64,000 nt of DNA from Antedon mediterranea (lineage: Eukaryota > Animalia > Echinodermata), in contig NC_092678.1 in the NCBI RefSeq assembly GCF_964355755.1, positions 17,749,365-17,813,364 on the forward strand, in the 5' to 3' direction. How positions within the stretch are numbered: the first letter of the stretch is position 1; each line of letters opens with the position of its first letter. Below are positions 56,471 to 64,000 of this stretch, in pieces. The position numbers and the translations under genes are program-made. The notes under the pieces were generated by a model that worked only from the letters and a program-made list of their open reading frames with translations, searched no databases and had not been told where the DNA came from.

Positions 56471-59085
56471 CTAGCTAAGTAACTGATGGGGGTGACAGTG
56501 TCGTATTAAAACGTCGTCAAAAAGTCGAGAATAATATGACCGGTATCTTATCATTTCTTATTAACAATAATGTTGAATTAAAGAATTCTGACATTTCCTG
56601 CTGTGAACTTATCTAAAATTGCAACTGTTGATATTGGGGCTGTAGATACTGCCTCGTTATATCGTGAGATAAACAAGATACCATTTGATTTGCAGCTTGT
56701 AAAAGGAGATGTTGAGCATGGTTTTACTGAAAGACAACACATCAAGATTAAGCTGAATGAGTGTTATTGAACAGTCAAAACTTCATTGAACTGCAATAAT
56801 GCTAGCAACGCCAAGTATTTTCCTAATGCTGTTTAAGTGATGCTTCTCGTCAAGGTACGTATAAGCAAAAGCCACAAAAAAGCAGACACATGCCTTCCTT
56901 GGAATTATGTCCGTTGATACCACCGTGGATGGAAATCAATGCAAAAGTGAGTGCTTTGACTGTTAAAAGTGATGAATATGCTCCTTTATTGTTGAGCTGT
57001 GATGCTAAATATAAAGAGAATATATACTTGGTCCGTCACTCTGGCCTGCTAATGCCATCATTCGTAAATATTATGAGCCTAGAATTGGTTTGAAAGATAA
57101 TCAATATGACTCCAGCTTTAACCATACTGGTTAGTCATGGCTGTTCATCAAACTTGTGATGTCCGAGTAGTTTCATATAACTGTAAGAAATTAAAGTCTA
57201 AACAGAAGAAGATTATTGACTTATGCGAGACGTATGATGTTATTTGTTTGCAAGAAACATGGCTATGTTATGATGAGCTTCACCTCTTGGAAACGCTGTA
57301 TATTGATTTTGACTGTTATGGCACGTCGTCTATTGATACCTCCGCATCTCTGGAAGTGTAGCTACATTGTTTAGAAAGAGTTTATATAGTTCTGGTAGGC
57401 TGTGAGAATCGGGGTTCACGTCTGACACGTTTACCTTCTATAGCACATAACACAACCAGTCGGTTGGACCATTTAGTTTCCACTCAGAGTTCTCATTCTA
57501 GTTTAAGTAATTGTAATTGTAGTTTTGCGTCAGGTAGTTGAGTGATTAGATGTTTTGCCCTACTAAGTAAAATTGAGAATATTTGCGAAAACATTCGCAA
57601 GTAGTTCTCGGGTGAGACTCGAACCCACGACCTCCAGATCACTAGCCTGGCGTTCATACCTCTAGACCACCGAGCTTGCGCTGATGGCCAGTGGTTAGAT
57701 TCGAGCTCAAGTAAGCAGCGGGTACTGCACCAACAGGATTGTAATTGTAGTTTTAGCTATTGTAATTTTAGCTATATGATTTCATAGGGTCTGATCATTT
57801 CTCTATTGCATTTTGTATTAATGATGTTTTATGGGATAAGCCTATAACCCATGATTCAAGATAACGACAGACATAACATTGCAACTATTGTTAACTGCAA
57901 GTCCGTTAGTAAACAGGATATTGATAAGTACACTTATACCACATGTATTACTTAATAGTCTTTTAATTAAGTCCTAAGCTTTCAATTGCCATAGTTTCTT
58001 TCTGGACGCACCAAAAGCGTTCGATCGAGTCAAATCTTATTTAAAGTTTTAGTTGAAAGAGGTGTGCCTATCTTTGTAGTTAGGAGCTTACGACACTGGT
58101 TTGATAATCAAGAATTTGTTGTTAAATGGGGACATTGTGTCCCTTCACTTTTTTTCTGTTATTAACGGTGTGCGCCAAGGGGGTGTAATGTCTCCACTGC
58201 TTTACAATGTAGCCTATTATATTGACGATCTTTATGTACAACTTAGAGAGTCCAATCATGGGTGTACTATTGGTGATAACAAAGTTAATTGTCTCAGTTA
58301 CGCTGATGACATGCTTCTCATGGCTTCTTTTTCTATTGGAGTACTGAATCTCATTAATGTTTTTGAACTTTATGCTACGAATCGAGATATTGTGTACGGT
58401 ACTATACAATCCAAGTGTATGTTTTTATGTGCTCGTGTACGTAAGTTACAAGGTTGACCTAGTGTTAAGCTAAACCACAATGACCTTGAATTTGTTGACT
58501 GTATAACATACTTGGGTCATGTGATTTTTAACTCTCTGAATTATGATAATGATATTAAGAAACAGTATCGAGCTCTGTATATCAAAGCTAATGCATTATA
58601 CAGGACATTCTACAAATGTTCCGTTGAAGTTAAATGTCAGTTATTTAAAATGTTTTGCGTTAATGTAGGTCAATACTGTATGACTCTATGGAGTAAATTC
58701 CGTGAAGGTACTGTAAACTAATTTAAAGTTTTCTTTAATAACGGGTTGCGTAAGCTACTGAAAATTCTTAGTTATAGCATGATGTTTTTTAACGAATAAC
58801 GTTCCCTCATTCTATAATTAGATGGAACGCTATACATTATAGTTTTAAGAACATAATTAATGACAGTTGCAATAGCCTGATTCAAACCATAGTCTGTTAA
58901 CGTCCTTACACAATCCAACCTACATCAGCGTTGGTACAAATTGGTATTTAGGATATTGTAGGTTGGTTTTGTGGAAGTGGCTTATATTGTTAATTTCCTG
59001 GTGAAATTGTTTCTATTTTTGTTTTTTGTATGATTTGTATATGGATGTACTATCCGAAATAAAGAAAATGAATGAATGGGTGAAT
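56471..59085 (+). mobile_element. Degenerate RTEX-like LINE, paralog of 44640-47260
   Basis: Essentially identical until ~58470, then diverged (ORF 58512 differs from ORF 46681). Confidence 0.75.
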
Positions 59086-59256
59086 AGTGTACCGTCATTT
59101 TAAAAGTGATATTATTGGCCTAATACAACGTACTGATATTTAGAAACAGTTAAACCTACCCTTAAATGCATAATTTTACAATTAACATGATTTACTTACA
59201 ATTGTAAAGCTTTTAAATGTTTACCAGTAAGGAAAAACATGAGAATAAACACTTAC

Positions 59257-59328
59257 AGTGTAACCAATGATGTCAAACCACCAAATGCATTTTCATGCAA
59301 TATAGTAATGTCATTACTTCCTAAATTC
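59257..59328 (-). CDS. 72-nt LRR exon (family B): NLGSNDITILHENAFGGLTSLVT(L)
   Basis: tttttaag|G AAT TTA GGA AGT AAT...ACA CT|gtaagt. Corresponds to the end of ORF 59253..59447. Confidence 0.88.
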
Positions 59329-59507
59329 CTTAAAAATAAAAACATAAATACATGGTAAAATAACAGTTCACGAGTTGATGTTTTCTTCTTTGGGAAAAAT
59401 AGGTACAGTTTGGTGTGTATGTCAGTGGACAAAATAGTGACCGTCAAATAATTTATCTGTATTGTACTGTTAGTATGTCAAATCAAAAGTTAAAATATTA
59501 TTAAAAT

Positions 59508-60224
59508 TAAAATACAAAGTTTATCAATCAAGTACGTAGAACAAAAAGATCGGAAGCCTAACTGGTCGGAACCTGTTCGCCAGAGATGGATCCTGATCAA
59601 GTTCAAACTGTCAAACACGTCACAGGAAGCGTGGACAAATGTGGAAGACGCGTCAAACTTCGAAGGAAAAAATTCAACCCTCCAATGCCAGCTGTTATTT
59701 TTGGTAATGCTCACTCACTCAAAAACAATTGAATTGGCTGCAAATGCCAGTATACAGGGACAGTTGCCAGTTGCGCTCACTGAAACTTGGCTAAATGAAT
59801 CTTTATCGGATCATGGATCAAAAAATTTTTCTTGTAACCTGCAATTATTAAAAGTTGCCCATCGTCCCTTTTACTTGTAAAGGGAATTCTCGCAAGTTCT
59901 AGTCATCATTATCTATAGGCCTATACACCAGAAAGCAGACTACAAAGTAGCTTGCACTAAAGTCGCTGAGGTAGATAGACACCTAATATAAGCTGCAAAT
60001 CTCCAGATTAAAAAAAGCTCTTACTAGGTGATTTCAACAAAGGATCCCATAAAGAGCTTTCAAAGGTAATTCCACACCTTCATCAATATGTAAACGTTGC
60101 TACGAGAAAAGGCACTATACTTGATATGTGCTATGGATATAGTTAAAATGCTTATACAGCAAAGAGATATCCAGGCATTGGGCGGTCAGATCACGAAATG
60201 ATACAGCATGATCCAAAGCTATAA
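59508..60224 (+). mobile_element. Rex1/Babar-like APE endonuclease fossil
   Basis: LTETWL, RPFYL, GDFN and GRSDH motifs interrupted by stops and frameshifts. Confidence 0.72.
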
Positions 60225-60335
60225 TTCACGAACTTAGGAAGCCTCAAAATGAATATGATACACGCACATATCTTTAATTATGATATTCATTAGGCCTACA
60301 TTTGGCCTGGGTTAACCCATTGTGGTGCTGTTTTT

Positions 60336-60543
60336 TTAGTCGCGTGGACGCGACTCAATAGTTCACTATGTCGGTCGGTCGGTCGGTCTGTCGGTCTGTC
60401 TGTCGGTCTGGTATCACTATGCGTTTTATCGCTTTTCTGTACTTTTTGAACTGTTTTGATGTACAGAAAAGTTTTAAAGTACATTACTTTTTGAAAGTTC
60501 ATTTTTTTCTGAGAGCACGCGACTTATGGCTGTTGGCCTTGTT
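60336..60543 (+). mobile_element. HINE-like family 2 element
   Basis: Inserted in a T tract without TSD. Empty site visible at ~63550. Confidence 0.7.
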
Positions 60544-60858
60544 TATTTTTCAGTTCGATTCTTCCAGGATAGTATTGTTTTATTTATTTAATCTATAGAA
60601 GGTTTAAAATGTTGTTTAATAATTAATGTTAGATGGTATGAGATAAAACAAGAGACAAACTGTACATAGTAACAGGAATGAAATTGAAGATGATTACCAC
60701 TTTCTGTTAAAGTGTTAATACAACTTATTTTTATCGTTTGATTTATTTTGCAAAATACACTAAATTAGGAAAAACATATTTTATGTTGTATCCGCTTTAA
60801 TAATAAAGAAAAAGTCAAAGAATTTGTTATTTGTTAAAAAATGAGAATAAACACTTAC

Positions 60859-60930
60859 AGTGTAACCAATGATGTCAAGCCACCAAATGCATTTTCATGC
60901 AATGTAGTAATGTCGTTACCTCTTAAATCC
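60859..60930 (-). CDS. 72-nt LRR exon (family B): DLRGNDITTLHENAFGGLTSLVT(L)
   Basis: ttttgaag|G GAT TTA AGA GGT AAC...ACA CT|gtaagt. Confidence 0.88.
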
Positions 60931-61134
60931 CTTCAAAATAAAAACATGAATACTTGGTAAAATAACAGTTCACGAGTTGGGAAAAATAGGTACAGTTTGG
61001 TTTGTAAGTCAGCGGACAAAATAGTGACCGTAAAATAATGTATCTGTATTGTACTGTTAGTGTGTATTACGTGACGTGTCAGTGAACATTGAAGAGGATT
61101 GATAATGGTACAAAAGTTAACATATTATTAAAAT

Positions 61135-61859
61135 TAAAATTCAACATTTATCAATCAAGTACGTAGAACAAAAAGATCGGAAGCCTAACTGGTCGGAACC
61201 TGTTCCGCCAGAGATGGATCCTGATCAAGTTCAAACTATCAAACACGTCACAGGAAGCGTGGAAAATGTGGAAGACGCGTCAAACTTCGAAGGAAAAAAT
61301 TAAAACCTCCAATGCCATCTGTTATATTTGGTAATGCTCACTCACTCAAAAACAAGTGAATTGGCTGCAAATGCCAGTATACCTGTTCGAATGCAGGGAT
61401 AGTTGCCTTGTGGCGCTCACTGAAACTTGGCTGAATGAATCTTTATCGGATCATGGATCAAAAAATTGGACTTGTGACCTGCAATTATTAAAAGTTTCCC
61501 ATCGTCCCTTTTACTTGCAAAGGGAATTCTCGCAAGTTCTAGTCATCATTATCTATAGGCCTATACACCCGAAAGCAGACTTCAAAGTAGCTTGCACTAA
61601 ACTCGCTGAGGTAGATAGACACCTAAGCTGCAAATTTCCAGATTCAATAAAGCTCTTACTAGGTGATTTCAACAAAGGATCCCATAAAGAGCTTTCAAAG
61701 GTAATTCCACACCTTCATCAATATGTAAACATTGCTACGAGAGAAGGCACTATACTTGATATTTGCTATGGATATATTTAAAATGCTTATACGGCAAAGA
61801 GATATCCAGGCATTGGGCGGTCAGATCACGAAATGATACAGCATGATCCAAAGCTATAA
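61135..61859 (+). mobile_element. Rex1/Babar-like APE endonuclease fossil
   Basis: ORF 61356..61781: LTETWL...RPFYLQREF...LLGDFN...TREGTILDICY. Confidence 0.78.
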
Positions 61860-61966
61860 TTCACGAACTTAGGAAGCCTAAAAATGAATATGATACACGC
61901 ACATATCTTTATGATATCCATTAGGCCTACATTAGGCCTGGGTTAACCCATTGTGGTGCTGTTTTT

Positions 61967-62169
61967 TTAGTCGCGTGGACTCAATAGTTCACTATGTCGG
62001 TCGGTCTGTCGATCTGTCGGTCTGTCTGTCGGTCCGGTATCACTATGCGTTTTATCGCTTTTCTGTACTTTTTGAACTGTTTTGATGTACAGAAAAGTTT
62101 TAAAGTACATTACTTTTTGAAAGTTCATTTTTTTCTGAGAGCACGCGACTTATGGCTGTTGGCCTTGTT
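61967..62169 (+). mobile_element. HINE-like family 2 element
   Basis: Paralog of 60336-60543. Confidence 0.7.
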
Positions 62170-62484
62170 TATTTTTCAGTTCGATTCTTCCAGGATAGTA
62201 TTGTTTTATTTATTTAATCTATAGAAGGTTTAAAATGTTGTTTAATAATTAATGTTAGATGGTATGAGATAAAACAAGAGACAAACTGTACATAGTAACA
62301 GGAATGAAATTGAAAATGATTACCACTTTCTGTTAATGTGTTAATACAACTTAAATTTATCGTTTGATTTATTTTGCAAAATACACTAAATTAGGAAAAA
62401 CAGATTTTATGTTGTATCCGCTTTAATAATAAAGAAAAAGTCAAAGAATTTGTTATTTGTTAAAAAATGAGAATAAACACTTAC

Positions 62485-62556
62485 AGTGTAACCAATGATG
62501 TCAAACCATCAAATGCATTTTCATGCAATGTAGTAATGTTGTTACTACTTAAATCC
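62485..62556 (-). CDS. 72-nt LRR exon (family B): DLSSNNITTLHENAFDGLTSLVT(L)
   Basis: ttttgaag|G GAT TTA AGT AGT AAC AAC...ACA CT|gtaagt. Confidence 0.88.
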
Positions 62557-62756
62557 CTTCAAAATAAAAACATGAATACTTGGTAAAATTAACAGTTCAC
62601 GAGTTGGGAAAAATAGTTGCATGTGTGTATGTCAGTGGATGAAATAGTGACTGTAAAATAATGTATCTGTATTGTACTGTTAGTGTGTACAGTATTACCT
62701 GTCAGTGAAAATTAAAGAGGGTCGATAATGGTATAAACGTTAACATATTATTAAAT

Positions 62757-63432
62757 TAAAATACAAAGTTTATCGATTGAGTACGTAGAACTAAAGATCC
62801 GAAGCCTAGTTGGTCGGAACCTGTTCCGCCAGAGATGGATCCTGATCAAGTTCAAACTATCAAACACGTCACAGGAAGCGTGGACAAAATGTGGAAGACG
62901 CGTCAAACTTCGAAGGAAAAAATTCAAACCTCCAATGCCAGCTGTTATTTTTGGTAATGCTCACTCACTCAAAAAAAAGTTTAGTGAATGGGCTGCAAAT
63001 GCCAGTATACCTATTCGAATACAGGGACAGTACTGAAACTTGGCTTAATAAATCTGTTTCGGATTATGGATCATATAATTGTTCTTGGAAGTTGCCCATC
63101 TTCCATTTTACTTGCAAAGGGAATTCTCGCATGTTCTAGTCACCATTATCTGTATACACAAGAAAGCAGACTTCAAAGTAGCTTGTGCTAAAGTCGCTGA
63201 GATAGATAGACACCTAAGCTGCAAATCTACAGATTCAATAAAGTTGTTACTAGGTGATTTCCACAAAGGATCCCATAAAGAGCTTTCAAACGTAATTCCA
63301 CACCTTCATCAACATGTAAACGTTGCTACGAGAAGGCAATATGGAAATGTTAAAAATGCTTATACAGCAAAGAGATGTCCAAGCATTGGGCGGTCAGATC
63401 ACAAAATGATACAACATGATCCCAAGCTATAG
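62757..63432 (+). mobile_element. Rex1/Babar-like APE endonuclease fossil
   Basis: ORF 63079..63432: PFYLQREF...LLGDFH...NAYTAK..IGRSDH. Confidence 0.75.
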
Positions 63433-64000
63433 TTTACGAACGAAGGAAGCCTCAAAATGAATTATGATACGCACATATCTTAGTGCCTTTAATTATGATA
63501 TTCATTAGGCCTACATTGGCCTGGGTTTACTCACTTTGAACTGTAGTGCTGTTTTTTTTTTATTCTTCAGTTCGATTCTTCCTGTATAGTATTGTTTTAT
63601 TTATTTAATCTATAGAAGGTTTAACCATACGAACGTTAGACTATTGTAAAAAAAAAATGTTCGATAAACTAAATCATTGGATTTTTGTCTAGATTTGGTG
63701 GTTTTTCTTAGGTTTACGAATTAATTTTTTCTTTGGTTAAGGGGGATTGATCGGCTGAATGGGTAATACTTTGTATGATTTAGCTTTGTAATTTATTTGT
63801 TATAGGTATAGTCTCTGGTCTATGTAGCAAGGGCAAATATTCCACCAAATTCAGACTCAACTCAACTGAAATTAAGCAAATATTTTTTAGGAATCAATGT
63901 TAGATGGCGTGAGATATAAAACGAGAAAATAAACTATGTAAAATTTGTAACAGGAATGAAATTGAAGATGATTACCACTTTCTGTTAATGTGTTAATACA

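Larger units (their letters stand above)
34769..58431. repeat. Tandem duplication, two near-identical 11,831-bp copies
   Basis: All ORFs from 34850 to 46626 recur with identical translations at +11831. Confidence 0.95.
59235..64000. repeat. ~1.6-kb tandem units, each carrying one LRR exon plus a Rex1-like endonuclease fossil
   Basis: Exon spacing 1602 and 1626 bp. The window ends in sequence that precedes an exon in the other units (gattaccactttctgttaa). Confidence 0.9.

Noticed and set aside
2600-62620. RAG-type recombination signal sequences beside the LRR exons
   Set aside because: A CACAGTG heptamer occurs in some intron blocks (e.g. ~2031, ~4641), but far from exons and with no correctly spaced nonamer that I could see. 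Exon edges are ordinary splice sites.

Overview
AT-rich, intron-containing eukaryotic DNA, probably an invertebrate animal given its TE families (taxon is inference only). The window lies inside a large minus-strand gene, or cassette locus, built from single-repeat leucine-rich-repeat (LRR) exons. I count 13 copies of a 72-nt, phase-2/phase-2, 24-aa LRR exon: 9 with intact AG/GT sites, 2 with destroyed splice donors and 2 internally deleted. No start, cap or terminal exon is visible. The exons have been multiplied by duplications at several scales: ~1.6-kb units at 59-64 kb, a near-identical 11,831-bp tandem duplication, a 15,521-bp-offset duplication, and older mosaic 2-3-kb units. Substitutions between copies cluster at the concave-face x positions of LxxLxLxxN, as in lamprey VLR cassettes. 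The introns are full of mobile elements: a palindromic Academ derivative, a Kolobok-type element, triple-nested Helentron-like (HINE) elements, two young L2 LINEs, degenerate RTEX-like and Rex1/Babar LINE pieces, SINE-like segments and MITEs. Most short ORFs in the supplied track are spurious.
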